DNA of 64,000 bases from Sphingomonas sp. (GCA_041659385.1 JBAZYJ010000011.1:57374-121373), one strand, 5' to 3'; numbered from the stretch's first letter, positions 1 to 10,598 are shown. Notes: a model not told the origin generated them from the letters alone. A program made the numbers and translations.

Positions 1-1452
1 GCCCGCCATCCCGGCAAAGCCGAACGCGGTGTTGAGGGCGTTGAGCACCGGCGGGATGACCAGCGACCCGAACACCACGCCGATTATCAGCGCGACCTGC
101 TGCTTCCACGGCGTCGCGCCGACGAGCTGCCCGGTCTTCAGGTCCTGAAGATTGTCGTTGGAGATGGTGGCGACGCCGAACACGATGCCCGTGGCGATCA
201 GCGCATAAGCGACGAGCGCGGCGGTGGTGTAGGGCGGATTGTCGCGGCCGAACAGGCCGACCAGCATCAGCGAGGAAGCGATGATCGCCAGAATGCCGAC
301 GCCCGAAACCGGGCTGTTCGACGCGCCGATCAGCCCGGCCATATACCCGCACACCGCCGCGATCACCAGGCCGATGACGACGATGAACAAGATGCCGCCC
401 GCGATCAGTGCAATGGCCGATCCGGCAAGCGGCCCACCGGCGATGGTCGTCCACAACAACCAGCCGATCGGCACGAACAGTGCCAGGCTGAGCGCGCCGA
501 CGATGGTGATGGGAATGTCGCGCTCCTCCAGCGCCAGCGCCGCGCCTTGCCGGGCCGCGTTCTGCGCCGCCAGCGAGCCGCGAATGCCCGCGATGACCGG
601 GCCGATGATCCGCAGCAACGACCAGATCGCCGCCACGCCGATGACGCCCGCGCCGAAAAAGCGGACTTCGTTGCGAAAGATCGTGCCTGCCCAGGTGGCG
701 ATATCGCCGGGAATGGGGTGCGCGGCAGTCAGGATCGGCAACAGGATCAGCCAGCCGATGGACAGCCCCAGCAACTGCGCCATGGCAACCGACAGGCCGA
801 CCAGATGCCCGGCACCCAGCAGCGCGAACGACAGGCCGCCCGAAATGCCGGTGGCGCCCGCGCCCGCGCGGAACCATATCGATGCTTCGGCAACCGCCAG
901 CTTGGTTTGCGCCAGCGTGGCGAAACCGGCCGAGGCCAGGCTGTTCCAGATCATCACCCACAGGCCCGACCGGCTTTCGTCGCCGCCTTCACGCGATTGT
1001 TCGCCGATGATCAGCACTTCGGCGGCGGCGCGCCCTTCGGGATAGGGCAGGTCCGATCCTGTCACCAGCGCACGGCGCAGCGGCACCGAGAACAGGACGC
1101 CCAGCATCCCGCCGGTCGCGGTGATCGCCGCCGTGGTGGCATAGGGAAAGCCCTGCCACCAGCCGATCATCACCAGGCCGGGCAGCACGAAAATGATCGC
1201 CGCCAGCGTGCCAGCCGCCGACGCGACCGTCTGGACGATGTTGTTTTCCAGGATCGTCGCGCCCTTGAAGAAGCGCAGGACGGTCATCGAAATGACGGCA
1301 GCGGGAATCGAGGTGGCGAAGGTCAGGCCGATCTTCAGCCCCAGATAGACATTGGCGGCGGTGAACAGCAGCGTGATGAAACCGCCAAGGAAAATGCCCC
1401 TGATGGTCAGTTCGGCAACGGGCGATGGGCGAGGGGCGGGTGTCGTGCTCAT
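1..1452 (-). CDS. OPT family oligopeptide transporter (3' end runs off the window)
   Basis: Not in the ORF track. Minus-strand ATG at 1452 reads MSTTPAPRPSPVAELTIRGIFLGGFITLLFTAANVYLGLKIGLTFATSIPAAVISM, the typical OPT N-terminus, and the frame stays hydrophobic. Confidence 0.9.
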   Translation of the reverse strand, partial: MSTTPAPRPSPVAELTIRGIFLGGFITLLFTAANVYLGLKIGLTFATSIPAAVISMTVLRFFKGATILENNIVQTVASAAGTLAAIIFVLPGLVMIGWWQGFPYATTAAITATGGMLGVLFSVPLRRALVTGSDLPYPEGRAAAEVLIIGEQSREGGDESRSGLWVMIWNSLASAGFATLAQTKLAVAEASIWFRAGAGATGISGGLSFALLGAGHLVGLSVAMAQLLGLSIGWLILLPILTAAHPIPGDIATWAGTIFRNEVRFFGAGVIGVAAIWSLLRIIGPVIAGIRGSLAAQNAARQGAALALEERDIPITIVGALSLALFVPIGWLLWTTIAGGPLAGSAIALIAGGILFIVVIGLVIAAVCGYMAGLIGASNSPVSGVGILAIIASSLMLVGLFGRDNPPYTTAALVAYALIATGIVFGVATISNDNLQDLKTGQLVGATPWKQQVALIIGVVFGSLVIPPVLNALNTAFGFAGMAG

Positions 1453-1601
1453 CGCGCCAGCATGGCATGACCGGGTGCGGGCCGCATAGCCCTTTCCTTC
1501 CGCCGCTTCCCTACCCTGTGCGCGTGTGGAATACCTGCGCGGCGCGGCACATCGTGGCCCATTGCGGATGGAACCTTGCTCTTTGCTGGCTATTCCATTC
1601 A

Positions 1602-1626
1602 GGAACAGTTTAACGCCGATATCGTT
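1602..1626 (+). promoter_or_regulatory. EcfG/sigmaT general-stress promoter
   Basis: Exact GGAAC-N16-CGTT, 31 nt upstream of the ATG at 1658. Confidence 0.7.
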
Positions 1627-1657
1627 ATGATGCTGTATCGTTTTGGAGGAGAAGACC

Positions 1658-2188
1658 ATGAATAGCCTTGCACGCCTGACCGCGCTTGCCGCGACAATCG
1701 GCGTCGCGCTCGCCGCGCCCGCGATCGCCCAGACCGCCGCCGACGATGCCCGCTTCGACCAGGCCCAGCGCCGCTTTCAGAACGAAATGCGGCTGTTTCA
1801 GGACGAATTCGCGCGTTATCAGCAGGCGCGCGTCAACACCCGGCGCTATGACGACCGGCGTAATGATGACCGGCGCTATGACAATCGTGTCCAGTCCGAT
1901 GATCGGTACGAAAATGGCTATGACCCCTCGCGCTATTACCGCGACAGCGGCCAGGAGCGCGTATTGTCGAGCGATGATCGCGTCTATCGCGGGTCGGATG
2001 GCCGTTATTATTGCAAGCGCAATGACGGCACGACCGGCCTGATTATCGGCGCGGTTGGCGGCGGTATCCTGGGCAATGTGATCGACGGCGGCCATTCGCG
2101 CGCGGTTGGTACGCTGATCGGTGGCGGCCTTGGCGCGTTGCTCGGCAAGTCGATCGACCAGAACAGTTCGCAGGTGAAGTGCCGCTGA
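1658..2188 (+). CDS. Secreted glycine-zipper 2TM domain protein
   Basis: SD GGAGGAG, signal peptide, Arg/Asp/Tyr-rich repeats, YYCKRNDGTTGLIIGAVGGGILG...GGGLGALLG zipper, C-terminal VKCR. Confidence 0.85.
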   Translation: MNSLARLTALAATIGVALAAPAIAQTAADDARFDQAQRRFQNEMRLFQDEFARYQQARVNTRRYDDRRNDDRRYDNRVQSDDRYENGYDPSRYYRDSGQERVLSSDDRVYRGSDGRYYCKRNDGTTGLIIGAVGGGILGNVIDGGHSRAVGTLIGGGLGALLGKSIDQNSSQVKCR

Positions 2189-2210
2189 GGCGGCCTGATC
2201 GCTGACGAGG

Positions 2211-2274
2211 AAGCCCGTCGGGTGTTGCGCGGCCTGCCACCTGGTTGGCGGCGGCGCCGTCCGGCGGGCTCTTT
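2211..2274 (+). terminator. Rho-independent terminator-like hairpin
   Basis: Arms AGCCCGTCGG / CCGGCGGGCT followed by CTTTG. Confidence 0.55.
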
Positions 2275-2452
2275 GATATGTGCCCGATTGGCAGGGGTGG
2301 GGCGACCGCTCGACGCGCGCGGAGTCGCGGTTCTGTACTTGTCGCGCAAGTGAAATAAAAATGTATTAAATCAGTTATTTAATTTACGTCTCCCTGTCGC
2401 ATTTGGCCCCTAGCGGCGCATTGATGATGCACCGCAACAAGGGGTTTTCCTG

Positions 2453-4984
2453 ATGACGATTCGCCGCGTTTCCACTCTGGCGCTTGCCGCTGGTCTGGCC
2501 TTTGGCTTGTCAGCCGCCGCCTCGGCGAAGAGCGAGACCGCGCCCGCCGACAAGGCGAATGCCGACACCGCAGCGGCAACGCCGACCGCCAGCGATGCAA
2601 CCCCCGCCGCCGATACCCCCGCCGCTGATACGCTGGCCACCGATGAAGGGGCCGAAGGGCAGATCGTCGTCACGGCGCAGCGCACGCGTGCGGTTTCCAC
2701 GTTGACGGGTGGTGAAATCCAGAAGCAGTTGCCGGGCATCAACCCGCTAAAGGCGCTCAACACACTGCCCGGCGTGACTTTCCTGACCGGCGATCCATGG
2801 GGCAATAATGAGCAGAATATCACGCTGTTCGTCCATGGTTTCAACCAGCAACAGCTTGGCTATACGCTGGACGGCGTGCCGCTGGGCGACCAGAATTACG
2901 GCAATTACAACGGCCTGTCGCCGCAGCGCGCGATCATCTCCGAAAATGTCGATCGCGTGACGCTGGCGTCGGGCGCGGGCGACCTGGGTACGGCATCGAC
3001 CAGCAACCTTGGCGGTACGATCGACGTGTTCTCCAGCGATCCCAAGTCGGAACTCGGCGCGCAGGTTCAGCAGACCTTCGGCAGCTATGACGCGTTCCGC
3101 ACCTTTGTCCGCATCGACACCGGCACGTTCGGCAACGGCAACTCGCTTTACGTGTCGGGTGCCCGCCAGGACGCGCGTGCGTGGGACTTCGATGGCAAGC
3201 AGGGTGGTTACCAGGCGAACGGCAAGTTCGTGCATGACGATTCGACCGGCCGCCTGGCAGTATATCTGGCCTATTCGGACAAGACCGAGCCGAACGAGGA
3301 CGCGACCGTCATCGCGCCCGGACGTCGCATCGCCAGCACCGGCCAGTTCGAAACCGTCGCCAACGTGCCGTACACGCGCCCGTTCCTCTATCCCAACGCG
3401 GCGGCGATTCCGGGATATTACCCGTCGGCGCAGAATAATTATGCGGGTTCGGCGGCGTACCTGGCGGCGGGCGACAATTACCGGAATTACTACAGCGACG
3501 CGCAACGCACCGATTTCATCGGCTATGCCAAATATGACTGGAACGTCTCCAGCCACATCGTCCTGTCGACCACGGCGTACGGCCATCACAATGATGGCGT
3601 CGGCGTCGTCGCGGGGCCGATCACCGTTGCCGGACTGCCGTCGCTGTTCTCGTTCTATTACCCCGGTGTCGCGGGCAGCAGCCCGACATCGGTGACCAAC
3701 CTGGCGCGGCTGTCAGGCATTTTCGGCAATTCGGGGCTGGCATCGCGCACGACCGAATATCGTATCGATCGCGGCGGCATCATCTCGAACCTGAAGCTCA
3801 ATATCGGCAGGCACGACATCGAGCTTGGCGGCTGGTGGGAACACCAGAGCAGTTCGGCCTATCGCCGCTGGTACGCGTTCGACATCAACAACCCGTCGTC
3901 GCCCTATACGCGCCCGCTTGATCTCGCGCAGCCGCTCATCACCCAATATGGCAGCGAAATCCGCGTCGACGAGTTTCAGACGCATCTGCAGGACGCATGG
4001 CGCATCCTGCCGACGCTGACGTTGCTGGCGGGTTTCAAGAGCGTGTTCCAGAACGCGCACCAGACCGTGCCGGTCCAGCCGATACCCGGATCGTTCACCG
4101 GATCGCGCGAATTGCCGGTGGGCCAGCTCGATACCAGCGATCCCTTCCTGCCACAGGTCGGCGCGATCTGGGATGCGACGTCGAACGAGCAATTGTTCTT
4201 CAACATCCAGAAGAATATCCGCCAGTTCCAGACGAGCGCGGCGGCTGGCCTGTCGCCCTTCGCGCTGGGCAGCCAGACGCTGTTCGATTTCTTCAAGGCG
4301 AATACCAAGCCCGAAAAAAGCTGGACCTATGAAGCTGGCCTGCGCACCCACCGCACGCTGAACTGGGGCCCGATCACCGCGTTCGAAGGGCAGATCAGCT
4401 ATTATCACGTTGATTTCAGCAACCGCCTGCTGGCGATCAGCCCGACGACGACGATCACCGCCATCGCCAGCGGCGCGACGATCCTGCAGAATGTCGGCAG
4501 CGTGACGACCAATGGCGTCGATATCGCCGGGACGATCCATTTCGGCCGCCATTTCTCGATCTACAACGCCTTGTCGTACAATGATTCGAGCTTCGACAAC
4601 GACTATCTGACCGGCGCGACGACCGTCCGTACCGCTGGTAAGCAGGTGCCCGGATCGCCCAACTGGCTCAACAAGACCGTGGTGTCGGCGAACTACCGGA
4701 TCTTCAACCTGCAACTGACCGGGCAATATCTCGGCCGGCGGTTCGGTACTTTCACCAACGATCTGTCGACGCCGGGCTATTATGAATTGTCCGGGCGGCT
4801 GGCCGCGTCGATCCCGCTGCCGCAGCACGCGCTGGCCCGCACGCTGGACCTGAGCGTCAACGTCACCAACATTGCCGGGGCGACGGGCGCATCGTCGCTC
4901 AGCATCGGTCAGGCGTCGGGCACGTTCAACGCGTTCCCGGTCGCGCCGCGCCAGGTGTTCGGGACGATCGGCGTTCGTTTCTGA
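2453..4984 (+). CDS. TonB-dependent outer-membrane receptor
   Basis: 843 aa, signal peptide, TonB box-like IVVTAQR, plug motif GYTLDGVPL, C-terminal ...TIGVRF with terminal Phe. Confidence 0.93.
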   Translation: MTIRRVSTLALAAGLAFGLSAAASAKSETAPADKANADTAAATPTASDATPAADTPAADTLATDEGAEGQIVVTAQRTRAVSTLTGGEIQKQLPGINPLKALNTLPGVTFLTGDPWGNNEQNITLFVHGFNQQQLGYTLDGVPLGDQNYGNYNGLSPQRAIISENVDRVTLASGAGDLGTASTSNLGGTIDVFSSDPKSELGAQVQQTFGSYDAFRTFVRIDTGTFGNGNSLYVSGARQDARAWDFDGKQGGYQANGKFVHDDSTGRLAVYLAYSDKTEPNEDATVIAPGRRIASTGQFETVANVPYTRPFLYPNAAAIPGYYPSAQNNYAGSAAYLAAGDNYRNYYSDAQRTDFIGYAKYDWNVSSHIVLSTTAYGHHNDGVGVVAGPITVAGLPSLFSFYYPGVAGSSPTSVTNLARLSGIFGNSGLASRTTEYRIDRGGIISNLKLNIGRHDIELGGWWEHQSSSAYRRWYAFDINNPSSPYTRPLDLAQPLITQYGSEIRVDEFQTHLQDAWRILPTLTLLAGFKSVFQNAHQTVPVQPIPGSFTGSRELPVGQLDTSDPFLPQVGAIWDATSNEQLFFNIQKNIRQFQTSAAAGLSPFALGSQTLFDFFKANTKPEKSWTYEAGLRTHRTLNWGPITAFEGQISYYHVDFSNRLLAISPTTTITAIASGATILQNVGSVTTNGVDIAGTIHFGRHFSIYNALSYNDSSFDNDYLTGATTVRTAGKQVPGSPNWLNKTVVSANYRIFNLQLTGQYLGRRFGTFTNDLSTPGYYELSGRLAASIPLPQHALARTLDLSVNVTNIAGATGASSLSIGQASGTFNAFPVAPRQVFGTIGVRF

Positions 4985-4996
4985 GGTAATCCCCCT

Positions 4997-5025
4997 CCCG
5001 CCGTGTCGGATCTTGGCGCGGCGGG
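4997..5025. terminator. Hairpin between convergent genes
   Basis: CCCGCCGTGTC-ggatctt-GGCGCGGCGGG. Confidence 0.5.
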
Positions 5026-5083
5026 GGCGGTTTCAGCGTTTCACGAAATGGCGGGTTCGGGGCGACACGCGGGCACGCAGGGA

Positions 5084-6742
5084 TCAGCGGCCCTTGAACA
5101 GGCCGCCCAGCACCCCGCGCACGATGCCGCCGATGATGCCGCCCGATGTCGACGATCCCCGGCGAGTCGATGTGCCGAACACCTGCTTGGCGACTTCGTT
5201 GGCGACCTGGCGCGTGATGGTCGATGTCGCGGTGCGCGCGGCGGTGGTGGCGATCTTGTTCCACGGACTGTTGGCGGCGGCGCGCGCTTCGGCGGCGGCC
5301 TGCTGCGCGGCGGCACGGTCGGCGGCGATCCTGGCGCGTTCGGCTTCCTTGGCGGCGCGGGCGTCATCCTTGGCCTGGGCGGCGGCCTGTTTGTCCGCCG
5401 CGTCCCTGGCGGCGGCTTCGGCGGCGGCGGCGGACGCTTCCTGCGACTTGGCGGCGAGCAGTTCCTCCGCCGATTCGCGATCGGCCAGCGTGTCGTATTT
5501 CGCGCCGATCGCATCGGTCTGGATGATGATCCTGCGCTCCTCCGGCGTCACCGGGCCGACGCGGGTGGCGGGTGGCTTGATAAGGGTGCGCTGGACCGGC
5601 GATGGCGCGCCATCGGGCTGGAGCAGCGAGACGAGCGCTTCACCCACTTTCAACTCGGTGATGACGGTTTCGACATCGATGCCCGGATTGGCGCGGAAGG
5701 TTGTCGCCGCCGCCTTCACGGCCTGCTGGTCGCGCGGGGTATAGGCGCGCAGGGCGTGCTGGACGCGATTGCCAAGCTGGCCGGCGACCGTATCGGGCAC
5801 GTCGATCGGGTTCTGGGTGATGAAATAGATGCCGACGCCTTTTGACCGGATCAGCCGGACGACCTGTTCGATCTTGTCGAGCAACGCCTTGGGCGCGCTG
5901 TCGAACAGCAGGTGCGCTTCGTCGAAGAAGAACACCATCACCGGTTTGTCGGGATCGCCGACTTCGGGCAGATGTTCGAACAATTCGCTCATCAGCCACA
6001 GCAGGAAGGTCGAATAGAGCTTGGGGCTGGCCATCAGCTTGTCGGCGGCCAGGATGTTGACGATGCCGCGCCCCTTTTCGTCGCACTGGATGAAATCACC
6101 CATCGCCAGCGCGGGTTCGCCAAAGAAATGGTCGCCGCCCTGGCTGCGCAGCTGGAGCAGCGCGCGCTGGATGGTGCCGACCGATTGTTTGGAAACATTG
6201 CCATAGGTCGTGGTCAGCTCATCGGCTTTCTCGGCGCAATAAGCGAGCATCGCCTGCAGGTCGTCGAGGTCGAGGAGCAGCAGCCCTTCCTTGTCGGCGA
6301 CGTGGAAGGCGATGGTCAGCACGCCTTCCTGTATTTCGTTGAGGTCCATCAGCCGCGCGAGCAGCAACGGCCCCATTTCCGAAATCGTGGTGCGGATGGG
6401 GTGGCCCTGTTCGCCGAACAAATCCCAGAACTGGACCGGCGTATCGGCATAGGCCCAGTCGGCATAGCCAATGTCACGCGCGCGCGCGGCGAAGATTTCA
6501 TGCGTCTTGGCGGTGGGTGACCCTGCCATGGCAAGGCCGGACAGATCGCCTTTCACATCCGCGACGAAGCAGGGCACGCCGACCGCGGAAAAGCCTTCGA
6601 TAATGCCCTGGATGGTAACGGTCTTGCCCGTGCCGGTCGCACCCGCGATCAGCCCGTGGCGATTGGCGCGCTTCAGCTCCAGCGCCTGGGGGTTGGCGCC
6701 CCCTGCATCGGCACCGATGAATATGCTGCTGCTGCCCGCCAT
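5084..6742 (-). CDS. DUF853 / HerA-like ATPase (YjgR family)
   Basis: Walker A GATGTGKT, Walker B FFFDEAH, RSKGVG and TQNPID motifs; likely start MAGSSSIFIG. Confidence 0.9.
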   Translation of the reverse strand: MAGSSSIFIGADAGGANPQALELKRANRHGLIAGATGTGKTVTIQGIIEGFSAVGVPCFVADVKGDLSGLAMAGSPTAKTHEIFAARARDIGYADWAYADTPVQFWDLFGEQGHPIRTTISEMGPLLLARLMDLNEIQEGVLTIAFHVADKEGLLLLDLDDLQAMLAYCAEKADELTTTYGNVSKQSVGTIQRALLQLRSQGGDHFFGEPALAMGDFIQCDEKGRGIVNILAADKLMASPKLYSTFLLWLMSELFEHLPEVGDPDKPVMVFFFDEAHLLFDSAPKALLDKIEQVVRLIRSKGVGIYFITQNPIDVPDTVAGQLGNRVQHALRAYTPRDQQAVKAAATTFRANPGIDVETVITELKVGEALVSLLQPDGAPSPVQRTLIKPPATRVGPVTPEERRIIIQTDAIGAKYDTLADRESAEELLAAKSQEASAAAAEAAARDAADKQAAAQAKDDARAAKEAERARIAADRAAAQQAAAEARAAANSPWNKIATTAARTATSTITRQVANEVAKQVFGTSTRRGSSTSGGIIGGIVRGVLGGLFKGR

Positions 6743-6811
6743 GAACGCCGTCCTTCCTGCGTTAACCCAGACAGGCTCTATCGCGCTTGGGCGGGGTGGG
6801 GAAGACGCGAA

Positions 6812-6846
6812 AACGCCGCCCGGGGCGTGCAAAACCGGGCGGCGTT
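6812..6846 (-). terminator. Terminator downstream of degP
   Basis: 12-bp perfect stem AACGCCGCCCGG/CCGGGCGGCGTT running into a T tract on the minus strand. Confidence 0.65.
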
Positions 6847-6887
6847 CGAACCCGGGCCTGGTCGGGGCCCGGTGAGGTGCAAAGGGT

Positions 6888-8435
6888 TTACTTCTTCAGC
6901 TTCACGCCGACAAAGCCACCGGCCGCGCGTCCACGAACGAAGTAGAGCACCACCACATCCTTGCCGCCGCGCTTGGTCTGCTCGACAACCTGCGCCAGCG
7001 CAGCCGCGGTCGGCGTGGGCGTTCCCTCAGCCGAAACGATGACGTCGCCACGCTTCAACTTCTGGCCCGCGTCGCTTGCGGGGTCGACATTGTTGATGAC
7101 CACGCCCTTGACTGACGAATCGACACCCAGCGTCTGGGCGATCTGCGGCGTCAGCGGCTGGACGGAAACGCCCAGCTTGTTGCCGGTCGCTTCGGTCATC
7201 GCGTTGTCGTCGCCATCGTCGGTCAGGCCGTTACTGTCGTCGCCGCCATTTTGTGCGGCCAGCACTTCCTCGGACGGGCGAGTGCCGACGGTGAGGTTGA
7301 CGGTCATGCGCTTGCCCTGGCGGATCAGGTCGATCGGCACGCGCGTGCCCGGCGCCACATTGGCAACCAGAAAGCTCAGCGACTGATCGGGATTGACCGG
7401 CTTGCCGCCGACCGCGACGATCACGTCACCCACCTTGATGCCAGCCTTGTCGGCGGCCTCTCCTGGCGTGACGGTCCGGATGATTTCGCCGCTGTTCTTG
7501 GGTAGGCCAAGGCCCGCGGCCAGATCGTCGTCGAGCGCTTGCAGGCCGACGCCCAGATAACCGCGCTTGACCGACTGGCCCTTCATCAGCGTTTCGATCA
7601 CCGGCTTGGCCGCTTCGGACGGGATGGCGAAGCCGATGCCGACGCTGCCCTGGCTGGGGGTGTAGATCTGCGAGTTGATGCCGATGACGTTGCCGTTCAG
7701 GTCGAACATCGGGCCGCCCGAATTGCCCTGGTTGATCGCCGCGTCGGTCTGGATGAAGCGGTCATAAGCGCCAAGGCCCGTCGCGCGGTGGAGCGCGGAA
7801 ACGATGCCTGCCGTCACCGTGGAGCCGATGCCGAACGGATTGCCGATCGCCACGATCCAGTCGCCGACGCGCGCCTTGGCCGAATCGCCCCAGCGGACGA
7901 AGGGCAGGTTGGTCGCGTTGATCTTCAGCAGCGCCAGGTCGGACGCCTGGTCGCGTCCGATCAGCTTTGCGTCATATTCCTTGCCGTCGGTCAGGATGAC
8001 GGTGATCGAATCGACATTGGCACCCTGCGCGCCGGGAGCGACGACGTGATTGTTGGTCACGACATAGCCATCGGCCGAAATGATGAAGCCCGAACCCAGC
8101 GACTGGGCATGCTGGGTGATCGGGCGGCCGTCGCTGCCGGTGCCGCCACCCTGGCCGCCACCGCCGAAGAACTGTTCAAACGGCGTGCCCGCGAACGGAT
8201 TGGGCGGCGTCTTCACCTTCAGGCTCTGCTTGGTCGAGATGTTGACAACCGCCGGCTGGAGCCGCGCGACGAGATCGGCAAAGCTGAGCGGCGCACCCGC
8301 GCGCGGCACGACGGTGGCCATCGCCGCCGGATCGTTTTGCGCGGTCTGGGCGCCCGCTGCCAGCGGATGAAGCGTCATGGTGGCGGCAGTTCCCGCAAGC
8401 AGGAGAGCACCGGTCAGAGCGTAGGCGTAGCGCAC
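6888..8435 (-). CDS. degP: Do/DegP (HtrA) periplasmic serine protease with two PDZ domains
   Basis: TNNHVV, D in DLALLK, GNSGGP catalytic motif, two PDZ domains, signal peptide. Confidence 0.93.
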   Translation of the reverse strand: MRYAYALTGALLLAGTAATMTLHPLAAGAQTAQNDPAAMATVVPRAGAPLSFADLVARLQPAVVNISTKQSLKVKTPPNPFAGTPFEQFFGGGGQGGGTGSDGRPITQHAQSLGSGFIISADGYVVTNNHVVAPGAQGANVDSITVILTDGKEYDAKLIGRDQASDLALLKINATNLPFVRWGDSAKARVGDWIVAIGNPFGIGSTVTAGIVSALHRATGLGAYDRFIQTDAAINQGNSGGPMFDLNGNVIGINSQIYTPSQGSVGIGFAIPSEAAKPVIETLMKGQSVKRGYLGVGLQALDDDLAAGLGLPKNSGEIIRTVTPGEAADKAGIKVGDVIVAVGGKPVNPDQSLSFLVANVAPGTRVPIDLIRQGKRMTVNLTVGTRPSEEVLAAQNGGDDSNGLTDDGDDNAMTEATGNKLGVSVQPLTPQIAQTLGVDSSVKGVVINNVDPASDAGQKLKRGDVIVSAEGTPTPTAAALAQVVEQTKRGGKDVVVLYFVRGRAAGGFVGVKLKK

Positions 8436-8524
8436 TTTGGACTGTTCCTCATCTTATCGAGCACAAGCGATGTGCCGTCTTTTTGCCGGGCAATGCTGAA
8501 CGACGTTTGAATATGAACGAATTG

Positions 8525-9397
8525 TCAGCGGGGGTGCCCCTGGAATTGTTTCAGATAATCGCTGTTGGGTGCCAGGATGATCGATGTCTGCCCCGCTGGC
8601 GTTTCGCCATCGGCGCCGAAGGTCTTCCGATAGGACTGCATCGCGCGATAGAAATCATAGAATTCGGGATCGCGGTTGAAGCTTTCGGCATAGATGCGCG
8701 ATGCGTCGGCATCGGCTTCGGCCTGGATGATCTGCGCTTCCTTCTGCCCTTGCGCGCGGATGGTCGCGGCCTGTTGCTGCCGCGCGGTGCGCATCCGGTT
8801 CAGCGCGCTGTCCAGCGGACTGCCTTCGGGCAGGTCGGCGTGGCGAATGCGCACATCGACGATCTGGACGCCATATTGCCGCGCCTTGGTCTGCAATCCG
8901 GTCTGGACATTGTGCATCACCTGGCCGCGTTCCGGGCTCAGCAACGCGGCGAAGGGCCGCTTGCCCAGTTCGTTGCGCAATGCCGAGGCAAGCAGCGCGC
9001 TTAGCTGATCGGCAACACGCTGTTCGGAAGACGACGAACTGCCGGTGGACAGCACCGCGCGCAACGGATCGATAATGCGGAAACGGGCATAGGCGTCGAC
9101 TTCCAGCCGGTCCTGGTCGATCGACAGCACCGGCTGGTGCTCCAGATCGACATCCAGGATGCGCTTGTCGACCCAGACGATCCTGTCGACGAAGGGAATG
9201 CGCCAGTGCAGGCCGGAATTGGTCGCGCCGAATGGCTGGTCGGGGCGCCAGACGTTGATGGTGCTGACCGGCTGTTCAAAGCGCAGCACCACCGCCTGTT
9301 TGGTTTCGGGCACGATGATGGCGGCGGATGCGGCGAAGATCAGCAGCAGCAGCGCTGCGACCCCCAGTACGACCGGGTTGCGGGTCAGGGTGTTCAC
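8525..9397 (-). CDS. hflC: FtsH protease modulator HflC
   Basis: SPFH domain, DPEFYDFYRAMQSY motif, stop/start overlap with hflK. Confidence 0.93.
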   Translation of the reverse strand: MNTLTRNPVVLGVAALLLLIFAASAAIIVPETKQAVVLRFEQPVSTINVWRPDQPFGATNSGLHWRIPFVDRIVWVDKRILDVDLEHQPVLSIDQDRLEVDAYARFRIIDPLRAVLSTGSSSSSEQRVADQLSALLASALRNELGKRPFAALLSPERGQVMHNVQTGLQTKARQYGVQIVDVRIRHADLPEGSPLDSALNRMRTARQQQAATIRAQGQKEAQIIQAEADADASRIYAESFNRDPEFYDFYRAMQSYRKTFGADGETPAGQTSIILAPNSDYLKQFQGHPR

Positions 9398-10488
9398 TGG
9401 CCACCTCCCTGCGGGGCGGCCGAGACGGCGGGCATGTCAATCGCCTTGGGTTTCAGGCCGGGGAGCGGCAGATAGGGGACGACCCCTGGCGCCTCGATGA
9501 TGGTCTTGTCGTTGCGCGACAGCACTTGCTCCATCGTCTCGTAATACATGCGGCGGCGCGTCACTTCGGGCGCGAGCTTGTATTGCGCATAGGCAAGGTC
9601 GAACTGTGCGGCTTCGCCCTGGGCATGGGCGATGATCTGCTGTGCATAGGTGCGCGCCTTGTTCAGGTTCGATTGCGCTTCCTGCTGCGCGGCGACCACT
9701 TTCTTGAAATCTTCGTTGACCGCGGCAGGCGGATCGGCCTGGCGGATCGAAACGCCCAGCACGCGCACACCGGCGTGATAGCGATCGAGCACGGACTGCA
9801 TCATGTCCTGCACGCGCTGTTCAACGGCATTGCGGCCGCCACCGATTGCGTTGTCCAGCGTCACCGTTGCGACCACCGCGCGCATCGAACTTTCGGCGGT
9901 GGCCCGCACCGTTTCCTGCGGTTCGGCGATCTGGTACACAAAATCCTGCGGATTATTGATGTTCCAGCGCACCGAATAGGTCAGGTCGATGATGTTCTGG
10001 TCGCCGGTCAGCATCAGGTTCTGGGTGCCGCCCGCCTTGGGGAAATCGTCAGTACGGTTCACCTGCACATCGATCTTGGCCACCGTTTCAATGGGGGCGG
10101 GCCAGGTCAGGCGGATGCCGGGTTCCAGCGTTCCCGAATAGCGACCGAAAAAGGCAACGACGCCCTGCTGCTGCGGCGCGATGGTGTGGATGCTGGTGAA
10201 GACCAGCCACAAGCCGATGATGAGGGCCGCGCCGATCATCACGATCGTCTGCGGCGCCCGGCCACCGGGCAGGCTGGGAAAGCCACCGCCACCGCCGCCG
10301 CTGCCACCACCGCTGCCGCCACCGCGCGCCCGACGCAGAAACTCGTCGAGTGCGCTGGGTTTGGGATTGCGATCGCGTCCGCCGCTGCCCGGCGGCGTGT
10401 TCCACGGGTTGCGCGGGCCGGGGCCGTCGCCCGGGCCATTGCCATCGCCGCCACTACCCCAGGGGTTTTTGGGCTTGTCGTCCATCAT
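9394..10488 (-). CDS. hflK: FtsH protease modulator HflK
   Basis: N-terminal NPWG and Gly-rich linker, LMLTGDQNI, APEVTRRRMYYETME. Confidence 0.93.
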   Translation of the reverse strand: MMDDKPKNPWGSGGDGNGPGDGPGPRNPWNTPPGSGGRDRNPKPSALDEFLRRARGGGSGGGSGGGGGGFPSLPGGRAPQTIVMIGAALIIGLWLVFTSIHTIAPQQQGVVAFFGRYSGTLEPGIRLTWPAPIETVAKIDVQVNRTDDFPKAGGTQNLMLTGDQNIIDLTYSVRWNINNPQDFVYQIAEPQETVRATAESSMRAVVATVTLDNAIGGGRNAVEQRVQDMMQSVLDRYHAGVRVLGVSIRQADPPAAVNEDFKKVVAAQQEAQSNLNKARTYAQQIIAHAQGEAAQFDLAYAQYKLAPEVTRRRMYYETMEQVLSRNDKTIIEAPGVVPYLPLPGLKPKAIDMPAVSAAPQGGGQ

Positions 10489-10598
10489 GGTGAGTGGGCG
10501 CTTCCGCCACGCCGAAACAATCTTCATGCTTTCCTTTATAGGGGCACGAGGCGGGAAAAACAGTGGCAACAGCGCCGTGTCGGCGTATCAGCGGCGCG

